Below, in pieces: positions 1 to 11,779 of a stretch of 64,000 bases of DNA. The stretch lies in assembly GCF_009914755.1 (NCBI RefSeq), contig NC_060931.1; one strand, given 5' to 3'. Positions within the stretch are counted from its first letter, which is position 1, and every line of letters begins with the position of its first letter. The notes under the pieces are model-generated. The model saw only the letters and a program-made list of their open reading frames with translations. It did no database searches and was not told the DNA's origin. The position numbers were made by a program, and so were the translations under genes. Source of the DNA: the human T2T-CHM13v2.0 reference genome, Homo sapiens.

Positions 1-121
1 TACTTGCAAGCCCAAGATTTTCTATTTGGTTCCTTTTGATAATTTCTATCTTTTTATTGATATTTTCCTTTTGTTTATACATCATTACCCTAGTTTCCTT
101 CAGGTTTTATGTTCTTGGTTT

Positions 122-983
122 TGTGTCTAGAATTGGTGAGTTTCTTGGTCTCGCTGACTTCATGAATAAAGCTGCGGACCCTCACGGTGAGTGTTACAGT
201 TCTTAAAGATGGTGTGTCCAGAGTTTGTTCCTTCTGGAGGGTTCATGGTCTTGCTGACTTCAGGAGTGAAGCCACAGATCTTCACAGTAAGTGTTACAGC
301 TCTTTAAGGTGGCATATTCAGAGTTGTTTGTTTCTCCCGGTGGGTTCGTGGTCTCGCTGACTTCAGGAGTGAAGCTGCAGACCTTCGCAGTGAGTGTTAC
401 AACTCTTAAAGCAGCGCATCTGGAGTTGTTCATTCCTCCTGTTGGGTTCGTGGTCTCCCCGGCTTCAGGAGTGAAGCTGCAGACCTTTGCGGTGAGTATT
501 ACAACTCATAAAGGTAATGCGGACCCAAAGAGTGAGCAGCAGCAAGATCTATTGCAAAGAGCGAAAGAACAAAGCTTCCACAGTGTGGAAGTCGAGGTGG
601 GTTGCCGCTACTGGCTCGGGTGGCCTGCTTCTATTCCCTTATTTGGCCACACTCACATCCTGCTGATTGGTCCATTTTACAGAGCGCTGATTGGTCCATT
701 TACAGAGTGCTGATTGGTCCGTTTTTACAGAGTGCTGACTGGTGCGTTTACAAACCTTTAGCCAGACACAGAGTGCTGATTGGTGCATCTACAATCCTTT
801 AGCTTGACAGAAAAGTTCTCCAAGTCCCCACCCGATTAGCCAGACACAGAGTGCTAATTGGTGCATTTACAAACCTTTAGCTAGACACAGAGTGCTGATT
901 GGTGTGTTTACAATCCTTTAGCTAGACAGAAAAGTTCTCCAAGTCCCCACCCAACCTAGAAGCCCAGCCGGCTTCATCTCTCA
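122..983 (-). mobile_element. ERV9 LTR12 solo LTR
   Basis: The reverse complement begins TGAGAGATGAAGCCGGCTGGGCTTCT and ends ACCAATTCTAGACACA, the LTR12 termini. It has tandem U5 repeats (gtgagtgttaca...cttaaag), repeated CCAAT units and a 4-bp TSD GTTT (118-121, 984-987). Confidence 0.93.
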
Positions 984-1119
984 GTTTCCTTTAGTTCTTT
1001 GAGCATATGTAAGACAGTTGACTTAAATCATTATCTAATAAGTCCACTATCTGGGCTTCCTTAGGAATGGTTTCCATCAATTTCTTTGAGACTTCAGAGG
1101 CTACACATGAGTGAATGCA

Positions 1120-2290
1120 ATTAAATCCACAATGTGATGCCTCTACATATTCACCAGAATGTATAACATTTAAAAAGGAAAAGAAAAAGGAAGAACACAA
1201 AACACAAATGAGTATAGTAAGTGTTGGCAAAGATGCAGAGTAACTGAAATTTTCATTCACGACTAGGGCATGTATAAATTAGTAAAACCTAAAAACTATT
1301 TGGCAGTGTCTATTAATGTTGAATATATTGAATATATACCCTGTGCATAGTAACACTACTTCCAGGGATCTTCCAAAATCAAATGTGTAACTATGTGCAT
1401 CATAAGACAGGTACAAGAATATTCATAGCAGCGTCATTTGTAATTACCCCAAACTTTAAATAATCTAATGTCAAACAACAGTAGAATAGGCAAGTAAATT
1501 TTAGAATTATATACAAAAATGAAAATGAAACTATTATATTCTTGAATATGGATCAATCTTACAAATATAGTATTAAGCAAAAAGAGCCACATAAGAGTGC
1601 GTATTATGTATGACTATTTATAAACATTCAGAAGCAGGCAAAACTAATTGGGTGGTAGGATTCAGAATTGTGCCTATCTGTGTGTAGGGGTATAATGACT
1701 AAGATTGAGCATGAGGAAAGCTTCTAAATTGCTGGTAAACATTTAAAATTTTGCTGTGAGGCGGTGGTTACACAAGTTTGTTCACACTGTCACTAAGACA
1801 AGCACTTATGATTATTACACTTATTTTGTATATGTGTTATGCTTTAAAAGGTTTTCACATCTATCAGTTTATAAAATTTTTTTAAATTGTATTTTATCAG
1901 TATTGGCGAGGATACAGGGAAAAATTGCTCAAATACTAGCAGTGGGAATGTAAGTTAAAACAACTACTCAGGGGAGCAAATCAGTGAAATCTATTAAGGA
2001 TTTACATCGTGCAAACTCTGTGATCCAGTACATTCTCTTGTTGGTATCTGCACTCTAGAGAAATACTTGGACCTAAGTACAAAAAGGCATCTACATATAT
2101 ATTTATGGTACCATTGCTTCTCATAATAATATTAATAAACAAACGTGAGGGTGGGGGAATGGTACATTAATTATGTATGTATATATATACACATATTGGT
2201 TCTGAGGACATGCAGCATTTTCAGAGAATGAGGTAGATTTATATACAGATATGGAAAGATTTCAATGCTAAGTGTAAAAAAGTAACATCT
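1120..2290 (+). mobile_element. Degraded old L1 (L1M-type) 3' fragments
   Basis: Diverged L1 ORF2-end/3'UTR motifs (aagtgttggcaaagatgcagag, atttggcagtgtcta, agaatattcatagcagc). Boundaries are approximate. Confidence 0.65.
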
Positions 2291-2849
2291 ACACTTGCAA
2301 ATGCACAGGAACTAGGAGTCATCATCTACAGACTGGGTTTGTAATTAGGGCCTAAAAGGGATATAAGCATAATTGTAACGTTTAAGCTTTTTTTTTTTTT
2401 CGCATGGACAAAATCTTACTTGTGTAATTTAAAATTAATAACGGTACTTAGAATGACTTTGGAAAAATATACAAATAATGAAATGGGGATCCAAAGAATG
2501 TTCACTGTATACCTCTGTACTTCTAAAAATGTGAATAAGTGTAGCATCCGTTGGGAGAAAAGTTTAATTAAATTTTAAATAAAACAAAAGGTGCCTAACT
2601 TCGTGTGAAAACAGACATATAGATGTAATTAAATGTGACTACCGCTTAGAGATGTTAGTTATGAACTAGGAGCGCTGAGAAAAGGTATCCTAAATAGGTC
2701 TGGGGGAAGTGAGAGTTAGAAGAGGTGACTCTTGAGCTGAGTACCGACATAGAAATGGTATGCCCTGTTTTTATTCCTGGAGGGCTCAGCATGAGGTGCC
2801 CAAGAGGCCCTGAAACCCATTTCCATGACATTTTCCCACGAGCTGGAGC

Positions 2850-3750
2850 ATAAACCCCCACCGAATAACTGAAGGGAAGCGGAAAGCGCAGAAACGCGGA
2901 CGAAGAGGAAGCGGGCGCTTGTTAAACCGTGTGATGCACAATGCGGGAAAGTCCAACCAGCTCCGTGTTTCAAAGCTGGATGCCCAGATTTCCCACCCAT
3001 TCCTACAGGCAGACCGGCTCGCCCTCTCCCTCCTTCCCGCGTCGTTTACTGGTCAGTAGAAGATTGACATGTCATCTGGCCAATAGGTTGGCTCCTCTAT
3101 GGAGGCACTCAGGAACCAGTCGGGTCTTTGGTCCCTCGAGCGAGATGCGAGCTGTGTGCGTCGACGTCAGCGTGCTGACGTCACGGGCCGGAGGTCCCGG
3201 GGCTGCTGGGTGCGGGCGGTGGGCTGCGCGTTGTCCGCTGGACTGGGTCCCGGTCACGCCCCGCCAAGCCCCGCCCCTCAGGCCGGGGCGCGACCGCGGA
3301 TCCGCAGTTCCCGGGCCAGCCTGGGGCGGCCGGCCAGGAACCACCCGTTAAGGTAGGCTGGGTTTCTCGTTCCCCTATTTGACAGGTTGGAAAACTGAGT
3401 CTCCTGGGTCAGATGACTTACATGGGGGCGTACAGGGGACCCGCGGACGGAGGCCATATCCTGGTCCTGTTCTGTTTCCTGAGTCCTGCGCGAGCCTCCA
3501 GGGGAGGAGGAGGGGCGAGGCAGGCTGTGCTCATAATGGACACAAGAGTGAAGTTGCAGAATGCTGAGCCCCGCTGCTCCCACGGCGTGGGCCGGGATTC
3601 AGGGATGGATATAGGTAGCGGGAGTGTCCTCATTCCTCCAGCCTGCGGACCCTGAGGAGTCCCCGGTGGGGTCGGCCCCGGGCTGGCGCCATGGGCCCCC
3701 AAGAAGGACCAAGAATTGGTGACTGGGTGTAATGCGTGGGTTGTCCAGAC
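2850..3750. promoter_or_regulatory. STARD3NL: CpG-island promoter of STARD3NL
   Basis: GC- and CpG-rich island in an AT-rich background. Contains CCAAT 3080-3084, CRE TGACGTCA 3176-3183, GC box GCCCCGCCC 3268-3276 and GGAA ETS-like motifs near 2875-2910. Confidence 0.9.
3180..3352 (+). other. STARD3NL: STARD3NL exon 1 (non-coding); 5' boundary uncertain
   Basis: Donor ttaag|GTAGGC at 3352/3353 inside the CpG island. The TSS cannot be fixed from sequence. Confidence 0.7.
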
Positions 3751-4479
3751 ACAGGCGGTTGTGAGTCTCTTCTATTCATTGAGAAAAGTCGTGTTCAAAA
3801 AAAAAAAAAAAGAAAGAAAGCACGAATCATGAATGTTCTCCCTGTGGTTTCAGTTAACTGCTTCACCTACTCGTAGATATCTCGCCATTGTTTGAAATCT
3901 TAGTTGCTTGAATACTTTTGATTTAGGGTTAGGGATTTTTCCCCCTCTCTTTTAGTTCAAACATGGGTGGACATTGTGGAACTTTTCTTTGTTCACTGTG
4001 TCATTTGTCTTCTATTTCACAGATGGAATCACTGAATTCATCACTTGACACAGTACTAGTTTGGATAAGTTTAGCAAGGTAACCAAGTAACGGGTCTAAT
4101 TAAATCTTTACTGGAATTAGTCCAGTTTGCCACATTTCCTTGTTAGGAAGAATTCTGAAAGGTAATTCCCGTCTGTATACCATATCTACCCATACGCCTC
4201 TTTCTAGAAGCAGGATCTCACAAAACGACTTATGGTATCCTTGTTTTATTGATGGATTCTGATAAGGTGGTGGATTATTCATGTTCATAAAATGAAAACA
4301 TACAATATGTTGTCGTGTAGAAGTCACTGTCTTTAAAATCTATCTGTCTCAAACATTGGTCTTTTAAAACTGCATTATTGCATTGCCTAAAACTGCATGA
4401 AAGAAATGAAATGAAACAGCCTCTGAGGGATATTACCTTACTTATGTTCACAGAAGGATGGTGATTAACATCATTTGGA

Positions 4480-5010
4480 TTTATTCAATGGACAGTTTGC
4501 CTGAGTGATTGTCTATGCCACTCATTGTTTTAGGTTTTAGAGATTGAGTAGTGAGCAATTTAGATAAGGCCCATACCCTCAAAGACTTTAACTTTTGTTG
4601 GAGAATATAATAAACATGTAAATCAAAGAGACAAGTTTAGATAGGAATAAATGTCAGAAAAGATACTACTGGGTAGAGAGATTGAGAGTGACTGGGTTGT
4701 ATGGAGAAATGGGATGGTCAGGGAAGACCTCCCTAAGGAGGTAACACGAGGTGACATTTTGGGTGATAGCTGAATGTTTAGCTGAGTCAGCCATGAGAAA
4801 ATGGGCTGGAAGTTTCTAGGCAGATATAAACAGTGTAAAGGAGCTAAAGGAAGAATGAACTTGGCATGTTCCAGGGACAGAGGGAAGCCCGTGTGGCTGG
4901 AGCTGAGTGAACCTAGGGGAGGGTGAGGTGAGGAGACAGTGGTCAGAGGTGACACTGGAGAGGTGTACAGGGATTGGATCATCTTGTATCCCATGTGAGC
5001 CTTACAGGCA
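4480..5010 (-). mobile_element. L2 fragment
   Basis: Typical antisense L2 3' motifs (ggtcagggaagacctccctaaggaggtaac; cgtgtggctggagctgagtga). Confidence 0.7.
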
Positions 5011-8000
5011 GGCAAGGGAAAGATAATTTGTGTACTGCAGAGTCTTGTTTTCTTTTAGTGATACTCATAAACTCTAGCCAACTTTCTGCTTTGTTTTGGT
5101 TATGAAATCATTGCAGTAATTTATTGTGTATATATTTTTTCTCCAGAGGCCCTCTTAATGAAAAGATCTTGTTTCCTTCAGCACCTTATCCGATGTAGTT
5201 TGTTTCCTTTCCATTGTTATATGCAGAACTCAAAGTCTTTGCTTTTTCTTAAGCTCCCTGCTTTTAATCCTTTCTACTTCCAACCGTGAATACTCTTTCT
5301 TATTACCTGTACCTGCCTTCCACTTGGAAAGCAGTGGCAGTTGGTCCCTGCTCTTCTCCAAGCCAAATTCTAGGAAGCTGCATTGGCAAGTGGATTATTG
5401 TTCTTCATTAGAGCTTGTATTACTGACCAGGAACATAACGCTTGCCTTTTTTTAGTACCTACGATATGCCAGGTATGTTACATACATTCTATTCCTTCCA
5501 ACTTGTGGCAAAGGAAAATATTAAGCCTTTTTGATAGTGAGGGAAACTTACACTTCAGCTACTGAGCTAGTACTGATGGAGCTTGTATTTGAACTCCCAT
5601 TAGGTTTACTTCAAAGCCTAATTCATTCTACCCCACCTCCTGTTAACCTCCAACCTTGCTACCCTGAGCAGCAAGTCTCTATTACTTAAAATTATGTTTT
5701 ATGATGTGGCATTTTAGAGATCACATGATTCACCCCTCTTAGTTTAGAGCTAGGGCTGTGGAGGCCCAGAGAAGGTCAGTGAGTTTTAAAATAATGCATC
5801 TAATGGCCAAACTTCTATCAAATTTTCACCCTGCTCATTTTCAGGCTAGTGTTTTTTCTGCTTTATTTTCTTCATGAAAGTCCCCTATCAATATATTTCT
5901 GTACATATAAAAATATAATATTTCAACAGCATGAATTTATTGTCCATAAACTTGTAAAAGTTAATTTTAAAGAGATGAGACATTGCTTCTTCTTGGGCTA
6001 CAATAATCATTTGCCTTATTTTCCTTCCCTTTTCTGAACAATGAACAGGTATAAACTTTCTGGATGAATCTAGTCTCTGTTAATAGAAAGCTGTGGTTTA
6101 AAAATGACTTTTAAATTTTTGTTTTAATTTTAGAAATGTTTGAAAAGGAGTTTAAAATGTGTTACTATTTTCCTAGCCTTAATCTTACGCTTAGAAGTAT
6201 GGGAATATTGCCTACAGTTTGCTAACTCATAGTTTCTCTTAGCAAGTAGAGTTTCTTCCTGTTATTGAGGAAGCCCTTAGGTCAGTGATATAACTTCTTT
6301 TTCTTAGTAATATGTTATGTTTAAAAATAAGTCAAAATCAGTTTATAAATTAATATGAATAAGAAAGCTGTTAACAGTGGTCTTAAAATTTAAAAATGCC
6401 CATTATTTATTTCTAAGGTTTGCATATTTTAGTAATTATGAGTGGAATATGGTAGATGAATAATAACAGACTAATAAATAGCTTAATTTACTTTCTGTAT
6501 GTCTTTTTGACTCTGCTGTAACTTAATAGAATTTATCTTTTTCTTTAGAATAATTTTAATGGAATTAGTATCTTCTTTTTTAAATACTGGAAGGTACTTA
6601 AGTTTAAGCAAAAGAGAGTTTTTGCTCTTTAGGCCAAAATACCAAACCTAGACATCCTGGCTATCTCTATTCTTTAAGATCGTTCATGCAACTAATGCCC
6701 ATATTCTGAAGACCCAGGTCATCATGATTTGACCACCATCTTCTGCCCTGAGCCTAGTGCCCCAAATTGGACTCCTGGTCTTTGCCTCAGGCTTTCCAGC
6801 TTCAGTGCCATTACTAGTTCTGCTTGGAATGCCCTCTGGATAGACAACTCCAGCCAGCCAAAATTCTACCTGTCCCTCTAAGTCCACTCAAATGCTGCTT
6901 TATCAATAAAGCATTTCCCGTGTCTCTATAACAGAAGCCTTCTTTTCTCATAGCACTTTTGGGAGCCTCTCTTTGACACCAGTTACCAATCCTGATATCT
7001 TTAGTATTGTACTATTACATACACAGGTGTTAAAATATATGTTGACTTGAGCTTAAAAAACTTGACAATTTGTGTTATATACGTGCACAGTTTTTTGCAG
7101 ATTGTAGAGCCCTGTTATTTTATTTACACTTTTATCATCTTATCTTTGAGAGACACACTGTTAGGCTTTTCTCAGCTTTGGTTCACAGAACCTGTTTTCT
7201 GTTTTAGTTAAGGGTCTGCCTTCTGCAGTTATCAAGGGGTCCTTTGAGAGGAACTCATGTCTTTGGGCTATAAATGTTGAAGGCACACTGTCACAAATAA
7301 AATCAGTGTTCTCTGTGTTTATGGTATTGGAAAATACTAACAACGATTTCCACTTTTTAATATTATAGATGAGAAAACTGAGGCCCAGAGAGACTAGCCC
7401 TGTGTTACTTGCAGTGCTAGGCTAAGAAGCCTGGTCAGTACCCCTGGTTCATGGCTGCAGAGGCTTGTAGCAGGCTGTCATCAGTTCTGATGTCCTGTGT
7501 TGGAACTCCTGGCAGCCTCTTACATGATGTATCAGTACAGCTCAGGCCTTTCCAGTTGTTTTGCTTGCTTTATTTGTGAGCTGACCTGGATCCGGAAGAT
7601 ACCTCTTGTGGTGAATCAAGATTAAAGCTTTAACTCTGACCAGGAATCCCTGACTCTGAGCTATTTAAGCCTGGAGGATCTTCCTGAACAGGCATGGGTA
7701 TGGAATCAAGTTCAGTAGGCTCTTTAGTTTAAAACCCTTCTCTTCTTCCTCTCTAGTTACAGTTTTCAAAATAGTATTGTGAGACTAGCGAGCATCCTCA
7801 GTGTATTCAATCTGGAGTTTGGAGGAATCTGGCCCAGGACCTTTCATGTTGCAGTAATCATAGGTTTCTCTGTCCTATATTTTCCAGGACGGTATACTTT
7901 TCAAATACTGTGCATTATTGCTCACCAAAGTATATTCTTGTTTGCTTTTTGTTTCAGGAAAATATATTCTCAGAATTATTTTTTAAAATTAAGCATTTAT

Positions 8001-8207
8001 TAAATTAATGATGTAGAAACTGAATTTCAAGTACCTTTTTCTATTTTAATTGTATGTTAAATTCCTCAAAGGTAACACAGAGGACGTTAGACTTTTTTCT
8101 AGCCCAGGGAGGAACACCAGCCAAGACTTGCCTTGGGCATTGGTGGTAATAACTGATGCATATAGAGGGCTTTCTTTGTGCCAGGAGTTGTTCTAAATGC
8201 TTTATTT

Positions 8208-8342
8208 CAGGGCCTCTGTTCCTCAGCACTGTTGATATTTTAGGCTGGGTAATTCTTTGTTGGGGACTGTTCTGTGCATTGTGGGATGTTTAGCAGCATC
8301 TCTGGCCCCTACCCACTAGAAGCTAGTGGTACCTCCTCTAGT
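8208..8342. mobile_element. MER20 (hAT DNA transposon) fragment
   Basis: cactgttgatatttt...ggtaattctttgttggggactgttctgtgcattgtgggatgtttagcagcatc matches MER20. Confidence 0.75.
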
Positions 8343-9241
8343 CCATGTCTTTTCCATTTTATTTCCTGCATAGCATTTAGCATAGTGTTTTACTTATGAG
8401 AGATGCTTAATAAATATGTCCATTTGTTTGGGTTAGATGGGTTCCTACTCATGTAGTGATTTCTTTCTGTTTCTATATACTTGTATTCATTTTTGTAGTG
8501 TGTTGTTAGAATGACTTCACTAAATAGCATTCAAAATATATTGGAAAGAAAGATTACCAATTTAGTTAATTTGGGAGAGTTGGGAACATTTTTATTAATT
8601 TCATTGTAAATAAAATTAACTGGAGATTAAATATTCTTAGCTTATTTAATATACTGCTGACCCTTGAATAATACAGAAACCTGTCTAGTTGTATGTGAAT
8701 TGTTTTAAATAAAACAGGGACCTGACCTAAAATAGTTTTCACAGCATGTGGAACCCATGTATGCAGGTGGTTCTGGAACCAATTCCCTGCATATAATATA
8801 CCAAGGGAGGACTGTACCATATTGCAACTCCAACCATATGTGTAAGTTTGTCTAACTTTAGTTAGCAAGTACTCAGATGACTTTGTGCTTTCATACAATG
8901 ATAGTTGCAATTTTTAAACTAATTGAATACCTAACACATGCCAAGCATATCTTTGGGTGCTAAGAATATAGAATGTTCTCTAGGAGTTTTCAGTATAGTA
9001 CTGAGAAGAAGACATGAACAATATGTGAAACATGTGAAAGACTGGAGGTGCTCTTAAAGGTATATGGGATATATATTATACATACGTGGTCAGAGAAAGT
9101 TTCATCCAGGAAGTGATACCTAAGCTACCTTGAACAATTAATAGGCTTATTCTTGCTGTTAATATGATAGTTTGGTGGTTCAAGGAAAAGGCATTCCAGG
9201 CAGAGGGAGAACTGGGGCAAAGGCAGGATGGCGAAACTTCC

Positions 9242-9543
9242 TGTGTCAGTCCATATGTGTCGCTTCCTATAGATACTTTAGGCTGGATAATTTTATAAAG
9301 AAAAGAGGTTTAATTGGCTCACAGTTCTGCAGGCTGTACAGGAAGCATGGCTCGGCTTTTGGTGAGGCCTCAGGAGGCTTACAGTCATGGCAGAAAAAAA
9401 AGCTGGAGCAGCATGTCACATGGCAAGAGCGGGAGCAAGAGAGAGAAGGGAGATGCCACACATTTTTAAACAAGCAGATCTCATGCAAACTCAGAGTAAG
9501 AGCTCACTCATCACCAAGGGGATGGTGGCAAGGGGATGGTGCC
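9242..9543 (-). mobile_element. Truncated MST (MaLR) LTR, MSTB-like
   Basis: ataaagaaaagaggtttaattggctcacagttctgcaggctgtacaggaagcatgg...ctcactcatcaccaaggggatggtg. It stops abruptly at an AT-rich insertion. Confidence 0.85.
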
Positions 9544-9544
9544 A

Positions 9545-9680
9545 ATATATAGTATATGATATATACTATATATAGTATATAACCGATATAGTATATAATA
9601 TATACTATATATATAATATATAACCCATATAGTATATAATATATATATAATATATAACCCATATAGTATATAACATATAC
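9545..9680. repeat. AT-rich low-complexity minisatellite
   Basis: aacc(c/g)atatagtatataa occurs three times among (TA)n runs. Confidence 0.9.
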
Positions 9681-9858
9681 CATTCTTGAAAAACTTGCTC
9701 TCAAATAATGCAACAAAACAAGCAATAAAGAAAATTATGACTATGGAAATACATATATATATAGGCAGCATATATACTATATATATGTATTTCCATAGTC
9801 ATAATTTTCTTTATTGCTTGTTTTGTTGCATTATTTGAGAGCAAGTTTTTCAAGAATG
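9681..9858. repeat. Perfect inverted repeat, 81-bp arms with a 16-nt spacer
   Basis: 9681-9761 is the exact reverse complement of 9778-9858, checked base by base. Confidence 0.97.
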
Positions 9859-11452
9859 CTGCTAGTTTCAAACTTTTATTGAGAACTTTATGAAATTAAA
9901 GAGATCCTACTACTTTTGTTGTATTCTCTGCCTCTGTAACGTGCTCTGAGTCTGTTCTTATTATTAGACTGTAAAGCACACTTTATTTTCTGAATATTTT
10001 AGCCTGTAGTTGAATTGAGTCTTGTGATTAGTGGTCTTTGTGTGATTCTATTTGCTAAAACATGAGTTAGGCTGATGATAAAGGGGATCACGAGGTTACT
10101 TTGGTTGCTGATCTTCTTGAGGGTCTGATTTTCTTTATGACTGCCTAAGAAGTCTTTCAGAGAAAAGGATACTGGTGATTTTTAAAACCTAGGCATCAAG
10201 ATTTTGAGACTGACTTTCCCTGTCTGTCACATGCACTAATCTTTGGACTACAAACCTTTATCTGTGGTATGATTCATAATTTCTTTTTGGACCTATGTGC
10301 TGTTCTTGTATATCACATCATAGGAGATAACATATGTAACTTCTGCCTGTTGATAGATACCCCTGGGCATAGATGTGAATGGCACACCTTTCATTAACCT
10401 GCTCTATTTTGTGACATGGGGAGTTGGTCTCAGCTGTCTCCTGGGGCAGTTAAAGTAACATCTTCCCTAGCATTGCTGTTAGTGTGCCACTTCCACCAAC
10501 CAAGAGCCACCAAAGGGACAGTGAGTAGAAGATGGCTCTGTCAACTGGAGTGACATTTTCAGGAACACTTATCTCCCGCATTCCTGAGGAGTTTTATGTT
10601 GTTGAATGAAAAGAAACCTAGCTTGTCTATGAATAGCTGTGCTGGCTTTGCTGACTACTTATCAGCTGGCCCCTGGGAATTCAGCTTCTGTTTTCTCTGT
10701 ATAGAAAGATAGGTCTGGGGAGGCGTTGAAGAATGTGTGGTGAACACCTTCTTTGGGATGAAGGATAGTTACTAAAAGAAGGTACACTTTTAGCCACTTG
10801 CCTATGATTCCTGGGAGAGCAGTGAGCTCACCACTGTGGATACTATTGATTTTCAGATCTAGATTAATAAGATCTCAAGTCCTGTGCTGAAAGTTGACAG
10901 CATTTGTTTGAAAATTGCTTGTAGTAAGTATCGAAGGAATGACATTATGTGATGCAGAGATGTCCTCATATGCATTGGAAAATATTTCAAGTTCCTTAAT
11001 TGAGGGACCTTCATCTGTCTAGATAGTAATATGACTCTTGACTCCTCCATTGCCAAGGCTGGTGATACATCTCTAAGAGGAAGTCGTAAATATTCATAGG
11101 AATATTTATATGTACACTGAGGAGCAACACGACTCCTTGAGTGCTGGTCTGCTGATGGTTGACAGAACTAATGAGTCAAAATTGGCAAAAATAATGGTAA
11201 CTTCGCACTAGCCATCAGGTATTTTATAACTGATGTATTGTGTGATTTTTTAGGACAGCTAAAAGTAGATTTTGTTATGAGGGACCAAGGAAAAGTTCTG
11301 GAAAAAGATAGTCAACAACTGAAAAATCAGCAGTATTTTGTACTTGTGGAAGTGACCTTATTAGTCTCCTAAAGGAAAAATTGGGTTACAAATAGCTCTA
11401 TGACCTGGAAGATTAAAACAAAGGAGTTTCTAGGTGAGCTGTGGAGAAAATA

Positions 11453-11779
11453 CAGCCATGTGCTGCATAACAACATTTAGGTCAACAATGGACTGCATAT
11501 ATGATGGTGGTCCCATAAAATTATAATACCATATTTTTGCTGTATTGTTTCTGTTTAGATATGCAAATACTTCTCATTGTGTTACAGTTGCTTATAGTAT
11601 TCAGCACAGTAACATGCTGTACAGGTTTATAGCCTAGAAGCAATAGGCTGTACCATATAGCCTAGGTGTACAGTGGGCTCTACCATCTAGGTTGTGTCAG
11701 TTAACACTGTGATAATGAGGAAGTCACCTAATGACGCATTTCTCAAAATGTATCCCTGTCATTAAGTGACACATGGCTG
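11453..11779. mobile_element. Tigger3a/MER7-type MITE
   Basis: TIRs CAGCCATGTG...CACATGGCTG flanked by TA, with an internal gatggtggtcccataa motif. Confidence 0.85.

Noticed and set aside
291-802. ORFs of 140 aa and 66 aa near the window start
   Set aside because: They lie within the tandem repeats of LTR12; the repeated peptide simply mirrors the DNA repeat.
809-951. Duplicated segment AGAAAAGTTCTCCAAGTCCCCACC
   Set aside because: Internal repetition of this kind is normal for LTR12 U3.
2941-3702. Several overlapping 60-136-aa ORFs on both strands
   Set aside because: Expected from stop-codon scarcity in a GC-rich CpG island; no recognisable protein similarity.
9545-9680. Repeat-spacer pattern resembling a CRISPR array
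   Set aside because: The 'spacers' are low-complexity TA runs in a mammalian intron with no cas genes; this is a minisatellite.
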